A stretch of 64,000 nucleotides of DNA from Candidatus Peribacteraceae bacterium (GCA_028703445.1 JAQVMW010000008.1:6223-70222), one strand, 5' to 3'. Positions 1-9,216 are shown, numbered from the stretch's first letter. Notes: generated by a model not told the origin, from the sequence alone. A program made the numbers and translations.

Positions 1-2394
1 CAGAACATCGAAGGCTCTCAGGTGCGCCACGGACTCTCGGTCTTTCTGCACAACGTCATCGAGCAGAGCGTGATCACCGCGCACAAGTTCCGGCACGCCA
101 ATGTGGGCACGGAGCATCTGCTCCACTCGCTCGTCTCTACGGGCAAGAACGCCGCCACCGTGCTTCTCGCGGAAATGCAGGTGGATCCGGATGACTTAAA
201 GGCGCGCGTGGAGGAAATGTTCGGCCAGATCAGCCAATTCAAGCAGCAGAACCGCAACATGGAGCAATCGCTGGAAGCTTTCTTCCAGGGACTTCAGGGT
301 GCAATCGTCGGTATGCAGGGTGCTAACATGATGATGGAACCGGATGGCCTCAAGCGCAGGCGCAACGGCGAAGCCAAGAGCAAAACGCCCGTCTTGGACT
401 ACTTCACCGATGATCTCGTCGAGAAAGCCAAGCAGGGCAAGATGGATCCCATCATCGGACGCGATCTCGAGATTGAGCGCCTCATCCACATCTTGAACCG
501 CAAAACAAAGAACAATCCCGTGATCATCGGCGAGCCGGGCGTTGGCAAGACAGCTATTGTGGAGGGTTTCGCCCAGCGCATCGCAGCCGGCAAGGTACCG
601 GTGAGCCTCAGGAACAAAAAGGTCCTGCAGCTCAACATGGGCTCGATCATCGCGGGGACCAAGTACCGCGGCGAGTTCGAGCAGCGTTTCGACGACATCA
701 TCAAAGAGGCTCTCGAGAGCGAAAAGGAGGTGATCCTCTTCATCGATGAGCTCCACACCGTCGTGGGCGCGGGCAGCGCTGAAGGATCACTGGATGCTGC
801 GAATATCCTCAAGCCTGCCTTGAGTCGCGGAGCAATCCAGGTGGTGGGCGCCACGACCACCGAAGAGTACCGCACCATCGAGAAAGATGGGGCGCTTGAG
901 CGCCGCTTCCAGTCCATTTTGGTCGAGGAAACCAGCGTGGAGGATACGATCAAGATCCTGCAGGGCATCCGCCCCACCTACGAGGAATTCCATCACCTGT
1001 CGATCACCGACGAAGCCCTCGAGAAGGCAGTGGTCTTAAGCAAGCGTTACCTGGCCGACCGCTTTCTGCCCGACAAAGCTATCGACCTCTTGGATGAAAC
1101 CGCAGCCGGCAAAAGCATCCAGCAGGACATCTCGCCCGACTTGAAGAAGATCGAAGAGAAGCTCGAGAAGATCGTCGCCCGGCAGCAGCTCGCCGTGAAG
1201 GAACAGAAGTACCACCAGGCGCTCAAGTTAAAGCAGGAACAGCAGCAGCTCGCGGAGAAGCTCAAGGAGCTGCAGGGACAAGTAGATGGCGACCGTCGCA
1301 CGCCCATTCAGATCACGGGCGATGATATCGCGCACACGCTCGCCCGCATCACGGGCGTCCCCGTGACGAAGATGCTCAAATCGGAAAGCAAGCGCCTTGC
1401 CAACCTCGAGCTCATCTTGAAGAAGCACGTGATCGGGCAGGACGAAGCCATCCAGAAAGTCGCCCGCGCCATCCGCCGCAGCCGTGTGGGCATCTCGGAC
1501 TCACGCAGACCCATCGGCTCCTTCCTCTTCCTCGGCCCCACGGGTGTGGGAAAGACCGAGCTCGTGCGCACCATCGCAAGCGAAGTCTTCAACCGCGAAG
1601 ATGCACTCATCAAGATCGACATGTCCGAGTTCATGGAACGGCACAACGTCTCGCGCCTGATCGGCACGACTGCCGGATACGTGGGCTACGAGGAGGGCGG
1701 CCAGCTCACCGAAGCCGTGCGTCGCAAGCCCTATTCCGTGGTCCTCTTCGACGAGGTGGAGAAGGCACATCCCGAATTCTTCAACCTGCTCCTGCAGATT
1801 ATGGAAGACGGAACGCTGACGGACGGACAGGGAAAGCAGGTGGACTTCCGCAACACGGTTATCGTGCTCACAAGCAACATCGGCGCCGAAAAGCTCACCA
1901 AGCAGGCTGCCAAAATCGGCTTCCAACTCGAGAGTGAAGCATCGACCGAAGAGAAGAATTACGAGGCGAAGCGCGAAGAGGTCATCGCGGAGCTGAAGGA
2001 CAGGCTGCGTCCCGAGTTCCTGAACCGCCTCGACCACATCATCGTCTTCAATGCGCTGAATCAGGAACACATCCAGAAAATCGTGAAGATGCACTTGGAT
2101 CTGCTCGCAGAGCGCCTGAAAGCGCAGGGCCTCGCCCTCAAGGCGGATCAGAAATCCATCGCCGTGTTGGCCAAGCTCGGATTCGACCCGGCCTACGGGG
2201 CCAGACCCGTCCGTCGCATGATTCAGGAGAAAGTGGAGGATGAAATTGCCGAATCAATGCTCAAAGGCATCTTCCGACCAGGCGATACGATCGTCATCGC
2301 CCGCAAAGACGATGATCATGTGACCATCCTCCCTGCAAATGCGGCGAAACTGGAGGAACCCGCCAATGAAGAGCAAAAGGCGGAAGTTGCATGA
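1..2394 (+). CDS. clpC: ClpC-type AAA+ unfoldase (5' end probably outside the window)
   Basis: The ORF track starts at GTG 22, but the frame stays open to base 1. It has a Clp_N-like repeat (VGTEHLLHSLV) and two Walker A loops (GEPGVGKTA, GPTGVGKTE). It also has a short coiled-coil middle region and an IGF ClpP-docking tripeptide (KIGFQL). Confidence 0.85.
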   Translation, partial: QNIEGSQVRHGLSVFLHNVIEQSVITAHKFRHANVGTEHLLHSLVSTGKNAATVLLAEMQVDPDDLKARVEEMFGQISQFKQQNRNMEQSLEAFFQGLQGAIVGMQGANMMMEPDGLKRRRNGEAKSKTPVLDYFTDDLVEKAKQGKMDPIIGRDLEIERLIHILNRKTKNNPVIIGEPGVGKTAIVEGFAQRIAAGKVPVSLRNKKVLQLNMGSIIAGTKYRGEFEQRFDDIIKEALESEKEVILFIDELHTVVGAGSAEGSLDAANILKPALSRGAIQVVGATTTEEYRTIEKDGALERRFQSILVEETSVEDTIKILQGIRPTYEEFHHLSITDEALEKAVVLSKRYLADRFLPDKAIDLLDETAAGKSIQQDISPDLKKIEEKLEKIVARQQLAVKEQKYHQALKLKQEQQQLAEKLKELQGQVDGDRRTPIQITGDDIAHTLARITGVPVTKMLKSESKRLANLELILKKHVIGQDEAIQKVARAIRRSRVGISDSRRPIGSFLFLGPTGVGKTELVRTIASEVFNREDALIKIDMSEFMERHNVSRLIGTTAGYVGYEEGGQLTEAVRRKPYSVVLFDEVEKAHPEFFNLLLQIMEDGTLTDGQGKQVDFRNTVIVLTSNIGAEKLTKQAAKIGFQLESEASTEEKNYEAKREEVIAELKDRLRPEFLNRLDHIIVFNALNQEHIQKIVKMHLDLLAERLKAQGLALKADQKSIAVLAKLGFDPAYGARPVRRMIQEKVEDEIAESMLKGIFRPGDTIVIARKDDDHVTILPANAAKLEEPANEEQKAEVA

Positions 2395-2400
2395 TGCACG

Positions 2401-2497
2401 AATTGTTAAATGGTTACATTATTGTTATCGCTCACTGTACTGAAGGGAAAAGTGCAGTGCTCTGTAACAATTTAACCATGTAACAATTTAACAATTG
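2401..2497. terminator. Long imperfect hairpin built from TTGTTAA/TTAACAA-type words, directly after the clpC stop
   Basis: The left arm aattgttaaatggttacattattgtta pairs with the right arm taacaatttaaccatgtaacaatttaacaatt. An inner stem is cactgtac/gtgcagtg. There is no clean T-run. Confidence 0.45.
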
Positions 2498-2553
2498 CAC
2501 AAGATCCACACCCATTCAGAAAAACACCAAAACATGCTACAATAACAGGATTT

Positions 2554-3204
2554 ATGCCAATCGAACCCGTCAAGATTCCGCAGAACGTCTACATAGAAGA
2601 CCGCATTGTCGGTCCGGTGACGTTGCGACAACTCATCATCCTGATGCTCTCGGGAGGACTCAGCTACGTCTTGTGGACTTCCGTCAAGAATCAACTGGGA
2701 GTGGCGAGCATCCCCGTCACCATCGTTTGCTGGATCCCGTTCATGGTCGGCGTGGTATTCGCATTCGTGCGGATTCAGGGGATCGGCCTCATGCGGTTCA
2801 TCCTGCTGATGGCAGAGAAAATGGAAAAACCGGCGGTCAGATTATGGTCCCCGCGTCGCGGCATTTCAATCAACTTCCAGTACTTCTCCGGCGTCGAGGA
2901 AAAAAAGAAACAGATCGTCATGCAGCCGCACCGTGAAAAGCTTGAAGAGCTGAGCGCTCTCTTGGACCAGGGTCCGATCGTCACAGCGAAGAGCGCAGAA
3001 AAGGAATCAATCGCTGTTCCGCATGAGGAATCCACAACGCCACGCCCGGTGGACAAGGGACGTATCCGCGCAGAGAGATCCGCAGACGCTCTCCACTTCG
3101 ATGACATCAGAACGGAGCACGCACCCACAACGGCGGAAGATCCGCCTCAGACTATCGGAGTGACAATGCAAGATATCCTTCCCCCTTCCGGAGCCCACGC
3201 ATGA
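2554..3204 (+). CDS. PrgI-family-like membrane protein (T4SS/conjugation-type small membrane component)
   Basis: The N-terminus VKIPQNVYIEDRIVGPVTLRQLIILMLSGG is followed by two TM helices. From memory, this matches the CPR PrgI-like pattern (VPQxIdxEDKIxGPLTxxQ). It is translationally coupled to the next ORF by an ATGA overlap at 3201-3204. Confidence 0.55.
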   Translation: MPIEPVKIPQNVYIEDRIVGPVTLRQLIILMLSGGLSYVLWTSVKNQLGVASIPVTIVCWIPFMVGVVFAFVRIQGIGLMRFILLMAEKMEKPAVRLWSPRRGISINFQYFSGVEEKKKQIVMQPHREKLEELSALLDQGPIVTAKSAEKESIAVPHEESTTPRPVDKGRIRAERSADALHFDDIRTEHAPTTAEDPPQTIGVTMQDILPPSGAHA

Positions 3205-3971
3205 CACCCGATGTTTCCGAACACATGGCCACCCCCGCGGATCACGCACCCGATACCCCCCACGGCAAGAAGCCAAAGGATACCGTGCGCAACCGCAAAG
3301 GACTCTCCAAGGCCCAAACCCAGCGATTCCTCCCCATCGCAGAGATCCGCAACGACACCGTAGTCCTGAAGAACGGGGGACTGCGGGCTGTCCTGGCCGT
3401 GGAGGCGCTGAACTTCAACCTGAAGAGCGAAACAGAGCAAAAAGGCATCATTGCCGGATATCAATCGTTCGTGAATACCATCGACTTCCCCATACAGATC
3501 TCCATCCGCTCGACGAAGATCAACATCGACCCCTACATCGATCAGCTGCGTGTCCGGGCAAAGGAGCAATCGAACGAACTCCTGCGGGATCAGACCGTGG
3601 AGTACGCCAAATTCATCGAGCGCATTGTGGAGGCCGCAGACATCATGCAAAAGCGCTTCTACGTCGTGATCCCCTTAAACGATCATCCTAAACGGAAATC
3701 ACTCATCGCCACGTTCCTCGAGTGGATCGGCATCGATGATTCAACGGGAAAGGCGCTCGCTCGTCACCAAATGTTCGAGAAACGCATCATGCCCCTGCGC
3801 GACCGCATCAATTTGGTGGAGGCCGGCCTCAACAACATCGGCCTGGTCACGCGCCGGCTTTCGACCCGGGAACTCTTGGAGCTCTACTACCAAGTCTATA
3901 ACCCGGGAACCAGCCAGGAGCAGAAACTGAATAAGATCTCGGATTTGAATACGGCAGAGTTGGTACTCTGA
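3201..3971 (+). CDS. Hypothetical protein resembling the N-terminal, non-ATPase region of VirB4/TraC-type proteins
   Basis: The motif IAEIRNDTVVLKNGGLRAVLAVEALNFNLKSETEQKGIIAGYQSFVNTIDFPIQISIRS is typical of the N-termini of CPR VirB4-like proteins. No Walker motifs are present in this 256 aa ORF. Confidence 0.4.
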   Translation: MTPDVSEHMATPADHAPDTPHGKKPKDTVRNRKGLSKAQTQRFLPIAEIRNDTVVLKNGGLRAVLAVEALNFNLKSETEQKGIIAGYQSFVNTIDFPIQISIRSTKINIDPYIDQLRVRAKEQSNELLRDQTVEYAKFIERIVEAADIMQKRFYVVIPLNDHPKRKSLIATFLEWIGIDDSTGKALARHQMFEKRIMPLRDRINLVEAGLNNIGLVTRRLSTRELLELYYQVYNPGTSQEQKLNKISDLNTAELVL

Positions 3972-4159
3972 GGAAGGTGAGGGAGGTAAGGGAAACATAA
4001 AGAAAAGGAATGAGAAGAATCAAAGGAAATAAAAGAAATAAAGGAATGTCCTCTCATGCCTCTTGTTTACAATCTCCTATTTCTTCTATTTCCTTTCCAT
4101 CCTTTGTTTCTTCTCAATCATCTATTTCCTCTATTTCTTCTTTTTCCTTTATTTCCTCC
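3971..4159. repeat. ~190-nt imperfect inverted repeat with a purine-rich arm (GGAAAT/GGTAAG words) and a pyrimidine-rich arm
   Basis: The arm 3971-4048 (aggaaggtgagggaggtaaggg...ggaaataaaagaaataaaggaatg) is largely complementary to 4074-4159 (ctcctatttcttctatttcctttcc...). It generates spurious low-complexity ORFs. Confidence 0.6.
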
Positions 4160-4263
4160 GTTTCATCTGCGTTCTCTGCTTCTTCAAACAGGCCTGTTTT
4201 CTTGACTCTGTGAGTCCGGAATGGGAAGCTGACGCCGACGTCATGGCTCGTGCGGGCATGACC

Positions 4264-4292
4264 GAATGTCCTGAGCTTGTCGAAGGACATTC
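4264..4292 (+). repeat. Short hairpin repeat with a conserved loop (CCTGAGC...GTCGAAGG family)
   Basis: The stem is gaatgtcc/ggacattc and the loop is tgagcttgtcgaa. Related copies lie at 15988-16023, 15668-15688 (reverse) and 54811-54860. Confidence 0.6.
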
Positions 4293-4324
4293 CTCCTTCC
4301 TTCTCCCCGCACTCCCTCTTTTCT

Positions 4325-5830
4325 ATGGCACGCCCCGCTCCCATCGCAAATCCCCTCATGGAACAGCTCCTTGCGTCTGCTCCGCCCATCGTGCGTGTGC
4401 GTCCCGGCGAGCTCATCGAGGGTACCGTGGTCTTCAAGGCAAAGAACAAACTCCTGCTCGACATCGGAGGGTCGCAGACCGGCATCGTCTCGGGACGGGA
4501 ACTGCGGGACTCCTTCAATACCTTCCGCAGCCTGCAGATCGGGGAAGAAGTATCTGCCCTCGTGCTCGAGGAAGAGAACAACGAAGGCATGATTGTCTTA
4601 AGTCTGCGGATGGCAAGCCAGCAAAAAGCCTGGGAGCGCTTTCACAAGCTTGTGGAGGCGGATGGCACTATGGAATTCGCGGCGCAGGAGGCGAACAAAG
4701 GCGGACTCCTGGCGAACATCGACGGCATTCGCACGTTCCTGCCGGTGAGTCAGCTCGCCCCCAGTAACTACCCCCGCGTGAATAACGCCGACGCCTCCGA
4801 AATCATCTCGAAATTGAAGAAGTTCATCGGCCACACGTTCACCGTAAAGATCATCACGATGGATGAGGAGGCCGGGAAGATCGTCGTGAGCGAGCGCGAA
4901 GCCATGGCCGAGGAGCGCGCCAAGGCACTGGAGAGTCTGAAGGTCGGCGATATCAAAGAAGGCCTCGTGAGCGGCATCGTGAAGTACGGCATCTTCGTTT
5001 CCTTCGACGGAGTGGAAGGGCTCGTGCACATCTCCGAAATCGCGTGGGGCCACGTGCGCAATCCCGCGGAGCACGCGGAGCTGGGCGACAAAGTGACTGT
5101 GAAGATCATCGGCATGGACGGCGACAAGATCTCGCTGTCGATCAAGCAGCTCACCAAGGACCCGTGGGAAGAGGTGGCCGAGCGCTACCCGGTGGGCAAG
5201 CGCGTCCAGGGCACGATCGTGCGCTTCACCGAGTACGGCGCCTTCCTCAAGCTCGAACGCGACATCAACGGTCTCGTCCACCTTTCCGAGATCGCCCACC
5301 ACAAGGTGACCGATCCTTCGGAAGTGCTCACCATCGGCCAGAAGATTGACGCGCAAGTGATCAACATCGACATCGACGAGCGCCGCATCGGCCTCTCGAT
5401 CAAGGCCCTCCTGCCCATCGACAAGGAAACCATGGAGCGTATCAAGCGCGAGCGCGAGGAGGAGGCGGCGAAGGAGAAGGAAGCGGCTGTTTCCAAGAAA
5501 ACGCCGGTAGAAAATCAGCAGCAGATGGAAACACCTGCTGCCGGACCCGAAGGGTCTGCCGTGCAAGCGAGCGCGTCGCCCGCGAAAAAGGAAAAGAAGC
5601 CAAAAGCATCGAAGCAGGAAGCCCTCTTCCCTGTAGAAGAGCAATTGGAGAAACAAGCTTCGCCTGCCCGCCGTAGCTCCGAGCGGAGCGAGGAGCGAAG
5701 GTGGGTGGCCTCCAAGACCGGCAAGAAGTACTACGAGCTGGATTCCGCCGTGGGCCAGAAGATCAAAGAGGAGAACCGCGTGTACTTCAAGACGGAAGCC
5801 GAGGCGAAGAAAGCGGGGTTCAGCGCGTGA
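4325..5830 (+). CDS. rpsA: Ribosomal protein S1-like protein with four S1/OB repeats and a Lys/Glu-rich tail
   Basis: Repeated S1 motifs are present (GELIEGTVV; GDIKEGLVSGIVKYGIFVSF; GKRVQGTIVRFTEYGAFLKL). The ORF opens at TTG 4277 inside the hairpin repeat, so ATG 4325 is preferred. Confidence 0.8.
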   Translation: MARPAPIANPLMEQLLASAPPIVRVRPGELIEGTVVFKAKNKLLLDIGGSQTGIVSGRELRDSFNTFRSLQIGEEVSALVLEEENNEGMIVLSLRMASQQKAWERFHKLVEADGTMEFAAQEANKGGLLANIDGIRTFLPVSQLAPSNYPRVNNADASEIISKLKKFIGHTFTVKIITMDEEAGKIVVSEREAMAEERAKALESLKVGDIKEGLVSGIVKYGIFVSFDGVEGLVHISEIAWGHVRNPAEHAELGDKVTVKIIGMDGDKISLSIKQLTKDPWEEVAERYPVGKRVQGTIVRFTEYGAFLKLERDINGLVHLSEIAHHKVTDPSEVLTIGQKIDAQVINIDIDERRIGLSIKALLPIDKETMERIKREREEEAAKEKEAAVSKKTPVENQQQMETPAAGPEGSAVQASASPAKKEKKPKASKQEALFPVEEQLEKQASPARRSSERSEERRWVASKTGKKYYELDSAVGQKIKEENRVYFKTEAEAKKAGFSA

Positions 5831-5835
5831 TCAAC

Positions 5836-6174
5836 TCACGCGTCTTTGTCCTCGACCCTCCACCCCAGCAACTGGGCGTACTGCGCCGCTTGCAGTCGCT
5901 TTTCTTCCGAAAGAAGTTCGTCCGCATCCCCGTTGTTGCCCATCGTCCGCAGGGAAACGGCAAGTGTATACAAGCTATCAACCACTCCATTGCGGTTCGT
6001 CGACGGAACTTTGCCTCCGTTCAACACTTTCCACATCCAATCCTCCACCTGCCGGCCGATGCTGGGCAATGGAATGACGCGCTCAAGACGCAGAGAGGGT
6101 GACTCGGTCGGGACGGTGCTGAGATCAGACATGGTATGGGGGGAAAGGAAGATGCTTCCTTCTAGGATCGTCAA
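5836..6174 (-). CDS. Hypothetical protein
   Basis: This is a 112 aa ORF of non-repetitive sequence. Competing plus-strand ORFs look Arg/Pro-rich and spurious. Confidence 0.35.
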   Translation of the reverse strand: MTILEGSIFLSPHTMSDLSTVPTESPSLRLERVIPLPSIGRQVEDWMWKVLNGGKVPSTNRNGVVDSLYTLAVSLRTMGNNGDADELLSEEKRLQAAQYAQLLGWRVEDKDA

Positions 6175-6325
6175 GGGACAGTGTCAACTGCCGTAGTCGA
6201 CGCACGCGTCCGTTGTTCATTCTTGCGACAGAACGGGTACTCCCTTCCATCGGCGCTGCACGTCGCGCCGTGAACGGCAAACGAACGGACGTCGAAAAAC
6301 GTTACATCTTGCGTCACGGCTTTTT

Positions 6326-6667
6326 TTATTCATTCAGTGCTTGCCCGCTCAGAAAATGCAGATGGAGGTAGAACACCTCCTGCCCTCCGTCCCTGCCCAC
6401 GTGGAACTTGAGCTGGTAGCCGGTGATGCCATGTGCCTTTGCGAATGCTTGCGCCTTGCGGATGAGGAGGCCGGGAACGTGCGCCGTCTGCTCCGTGAGA
6501 TCGTCGATGGACGGCACGAAGTCGCTGTCCTTCTTCGCAATGAAGAGCAGGTGTGTCGGAGCCTTGGGATGAATGTCTTTGAACGCCAACACCTCGTCAT
6601 CCTCGTAGACGATCGTCGCGGGAATTTCTTTGTCGCGGATACGGTGGAAGAGGGTGCGTTCAGCCAT
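6326..6667 (-). CDS. HIT-family (histidine triad) nucleotide hydrolase
   Basis: It carries the histidine triad HLHLHFL near the C-terminus. The 113 aa length is typical. Confidence 0.9.
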   Translation of the reverse strand: MAERTLFHRIRDKEIPATIVYEDDEVLAFKDIHPKAPTHLLFIAKKDSDFVPSIDDLTEQTAHVPGLLIRKAQAFAKAHGITGYQLKFHVGRDGGQEVFYLHLHFLSGQALNE

Positions 6668-6780
6668 AGATAATGAGGGATGCCTTCAGCATATCGTGAT
6701 CCTCTACCGGAGCCAATTCGCACTGTTCCAGAAAGCAGGAATCTTTGACTTTTACGCCATTTTGAGAGATAATAGAAACG

Positions 6781-7266
6781 ATGGCTGGGAACACTCCCGA
6801 CAGACACACCGAGACCGCCCCGTTGGCACCGAAGCCCGTGCTCACGGTCACGCAACCCGAGAAGATCGGGAGCCTGCTCGATACCCTGAACCTGATCGAT
6901 CAGATGAGTGAACGCATCGGCGAAGACAGGTCGGGCGATGCGGCGGGGAGCGGCGGACAGATGCAATCCGGCTCTGCGGGGGCCCGCGCGGTCTCTCCGC
7001 GCGATCAGGCCATTGCCGCTCTGCCAAGCGAGCAAGTCATGCAGACGAAACTTGCGGAGAAAATCCGCACAGAGGTCAGTACGCTCCGCAAGCAAATTCA
7101 CTCCATCCCGGGAAGCAGCCATCCCGGAGGCGCCTTTCACCTCAACAAGCTCTACGCGCGCATCCGACTCCTGAACCGCCTGCTCGCGAACCTGTTCGAA
7201 TCTTCCGTGGACGTCATCAAGCGCCTCTTCATTCGCGTGTTCATCGACGAACAACCCATTTTATAG
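6781..7266 (+). CDS. Hypothetical protein
   Basis: This is a 161 aa ORF with a helical C-terminal half. Its TAG stop is embedded in the first TTAGGG-like unit. Confidence 0.45.
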   Translation: MAGNTPDRHTETAPLAPKPVLTVTQPEKIGSLLDTLNLIDQMSERIGEDRSGDAAGSGGQMQSGSAGARAVSPRDQAIAALPSEQVMQTKLAEKIRTEVSTLRKQIHSIPGSSHPGGAFHLNKLYARIRLLNRLLANLFESSVDVIKRLFIRVFIDEQPIL

Positions 7267-7353
7267 GGTTAGGATTAGGGCTAGGGTTAGAACAAAATAG
7301 CGGCGGAAATTTCGCAAACCTCATCCAAGTCCTAACCTTATCCCTAACCCTAT
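7264..7353. terminator. Bidirectional hairpin whose arms are telomere-like repeats (TTAGGG-type / CCCTAA-type)
   Basis: The left arm is tagggttaggattagggctagggttag (7264-7290). The right arm is cctaaccttatccctaaccctat (7331-7353). It lies between convergent ORFs, and both stop codons lie inside the repeat units. Confidence 0.55.
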
Positions 7354-7592
7354 TCCTTCTTATCGTGCTTCTTCTTGCCGCTTTCAATCGTGTCGAGCAC
7401 CCACTGCAGGATGGCATCGACCATAGAGAGCGGTTTCATGAGAACATCTTCCAGCTCCTGTGTGAGCCCTTCCACGCGGCGCATCACCTTGCGCAGATCC
7501 ACGACGATGAAAATCACGTGGTAGAGCACGATGAGAACCAGGATGGCGATGGCAAATTCCATCCCGAGCAGGAGATCACTTGCAGAAATCAT
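7350..7592 (-). CDS. Small membrane-anchored coiled-coil protein (DUF948-like)
   Basis: It has one N-terminal TM helix (FAIAILVLIVLYHVIFIVV), then a helical region and a Lys-rich tail. Confidence 0.55.
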   Translation of the reverse strand: MISASDLLLGMEFAIAILVLIVLYHVIFIVVDLRKVMRRVEGLTQELEDVLMKPLSMVDAILQWVLDTIESGKKKHDKKE

Positions 7593-7637
7593 AGGGAGAG
7601 GAGAACGTAGCGCTGAGCGTAACGCTTCTGACCACCC

Positions 7638-7928
7638 GTGCGCAATCTCATCTCAACCCTCTGGCTTCTTCCCCGCAAGACGATTGTCGCGGCAATCACG
7701 TTGTACCAGCACACCCTCTCGCCCGATCATGGGCCGCTCAAACACCTGTGGCGATACGGCTACTGCCGGCATGATCCGACGTGTTCCGAGTACGGCAGAC
7801 AGGTCATCTTGGAACGGGGCGCGATCATCGGAAGCCTGCTGGCCTTCAAAAGGATCCTCACCTGCCATCCGTGGAGAAAACCCTCGCCACAGCGGATCAT
7901 GCAGGCTTCGCACGAACGCGGAGAATGA
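7638..7928 (+). CDS. yidD: Membrane protein insertion efficiency factor YidD
   Basis: It carries YQHTLSP...CRHDPTCSEYGRQVILERGAIIGSLLAFKRILTCHPW, which is the YidD signature. Confidence 0.85.
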   Translation: MRNLISTLWLLPRKTIVAAITLYQHTLSPDHGPLKHLWRYGYCRHDPTCSEYGRQVILERGAIIGSLLAFKRILTCHPWRKPSPQRIMQASHERGE

Positions 7929-8002
7929 TGGAGCGGGTAACGGGGATCGAACCCGTGTCCTCAGCTTGGAAGGCTGATGCACTACCATTGTGCTATACCC
8001 GC
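7929..8002 (-). tRNA. tRNA-Gly (anticodon UCC), CCA encoded
   Basis: The reverse complement is GCGGGTATAGCACAATGGTAGTGCATCAGCCTTCCAAGCTGAGGACACGGGTTCGATCCCCGTTACCCGCTCCA. It folds as a cloverleaf with a 7-bp acceptor stem, the anticodon loop CTTCCAA and the T-loop TTCGATC. Confidence 0.9.
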
Positions 8003-8039
8003 AATCGTCGGAGAGAATAGCAGAAAATCTGAGGCGAGC

Positions 8040-9041
8040 ATGTCACTTTTCCACTCACGACACGCACATGTCCTTTCCGCTATCCTGCAACACAGCGTCA
8101 TGCGTACACGGGAACGCCGCCTGCTCTCGGCCTTCGTAAGTCTCCTCCTCTTCCTTATCGCCGTGTGGGCGATCCGCAAAGCATTGGGGGGACATCATCT
8201 CGGTGAAATCTTCCGGAGCATTCTGGAGGTGCCGGCCTCGCAGGTGGGATGGGCGCTTCTGCTCATCGTCGTGAATTTTCTGCTCGTCGCGGCGATGGAC
8301 ACCATCGCCGCCCGGTTCGCCGGAAAGAAGGTGCCGTACCTGCACATGATCCTTCCCTCCTTCATCGGAATCACGTTCCAGTACAACGCCGGTTTCTTCG
8401 GCGGCTCCGCCATGCGCTTCCGCCTGTTCTCATCGCTGGGACTGGATGCCAAACAAACCGGCAAGATGCTCCTCCTTTTCTCGCTCGCATTCAGCGTCGG
8501 CTTCTTCCTGCTGACGGGGCTGACGCTCGTCTTCGACCCGCTCGAAATCTCCGAGCAGGCATCCTGGTTGCCGGAGGTTACTGGCTCTCTCCTGCTCACC
8601 GGGTGCCTGCTGTACTTCTGGCTGTGTGCGCGTGGAAAACCACTTCGCTTGCTCCGCTGGCACTTCACGCTCCCCCGCCTGCGCGCCAGCCTGCTACAGA
8701 CGCTCATCGCCACCGTGGATTGGGTCGTGGAGGCCGGCATCCTCTTCGTGCTCCTGCCGCCGGAGGGGCGCGCATCCTTCCTGATCTTCTTGAGCGTTTT
8801 CATGCTGGCACATAACCTCGGTGTGCTGAGCAACACGCCGGGAGGACTGGGCGTATTTGAGGCAACGGTCTTAAGCCTGCTGCCATCCGCCGCTTCCCCA
8901 TCCAGAATGCTGGGCATCCTGCTGGCCTATCGCGGGATCTACTACGTTCTTCCCCTCCTCATCGCTACCCCCCTGCTAGGGGAGCGCATGCTCGCCGCCC
9001 GTATCGCACGGAAACCGTTGAGAAAGGAAATGATGACATGA
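8040..9041 (+). CDS. Polytopic membrane protein, lysylphosphatidylglycerol-synthase TM-domain / flippase-like (UPF0104)
   Basis: It has multiple TM helices and the motif GFFGGSAMRFRLFSSLGL. ATG 8040 is chosen because the upstream part of the ORF overlaps the tRNA. Confidence 0.55.
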   Translation: MSLFHSRHAHVLSAILQHSVMRTRERRLLSAFVSLLLFLIAVWAIRKALGGHHLGEIFRSILEVPASQVGWALLLIVVNFLLVAAMDTIAARFAGKKVPYLHMILPSFIGITFQYNAGFFGGSAMRFRLFSSLGLDAKQTGKMLLLFSLAFSVGFFLLTGLTLVFDPLEISEQASWLPEVTGSLLLTGCLLYFWLCARGKPLRLLRWHFTLPRLRASLLQTLIATVDWVVEAGILFVLLPPEGRASFLIFLSVFMLAHNLGVLSNTPGGLGVFEATVLSLLPSAASPSRMLGILLAYRGIYYVLPLLIATPLLGERMLAARIARKPLRKEMMT

Positions 9042-9097
9042 TTTCCCAAGAGTTCCATATTTTTCGCTTGGGCAGGTTTTGACACGGAGGAAAAGAC

Positions 9098-9202
9098 ATG
9101 GCAGGATTCACCCGTGAATTCTGCGTACGTCCTTTCCTGCTCCCCTGTGTCCTCCTGCTGCTCCTTAGCAGGGGATGCACGCGCATGAAAGAACGTCCGT
9201 AG
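9098..9202 (+). CDS. Candidate 34-aa hydrophobic small protein (MAGFTREFCVRPFLLPCVLLLLLSRGCTRMKERP)
   Basis: GGAGG at 9086-9090 lies 7 nt before the ATG. The ORF ends at TAG 9200-9202 and is followed by a canonical terminator at 9217-9248. It is below the ORF-track size cutoff. Confidence 0.3.
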   Translation: MAGFTREFCVRPFLLPCVLLLLLSRGCTRMKERP

Positions 9203-9216
9203 TCCACATGCACGCG

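Noticed and set aside
4010-4767. ORFs 4010-4213, 4063-4767 and 4114-4590, with Ser/Phe/Ile or Glu/Lys low-complexity products.
   Set aside because: They are translations of the purine/pyrimidine inverted repeat (3971-4159) and of off-frame S1 gene sequence. They are not credible proteins.
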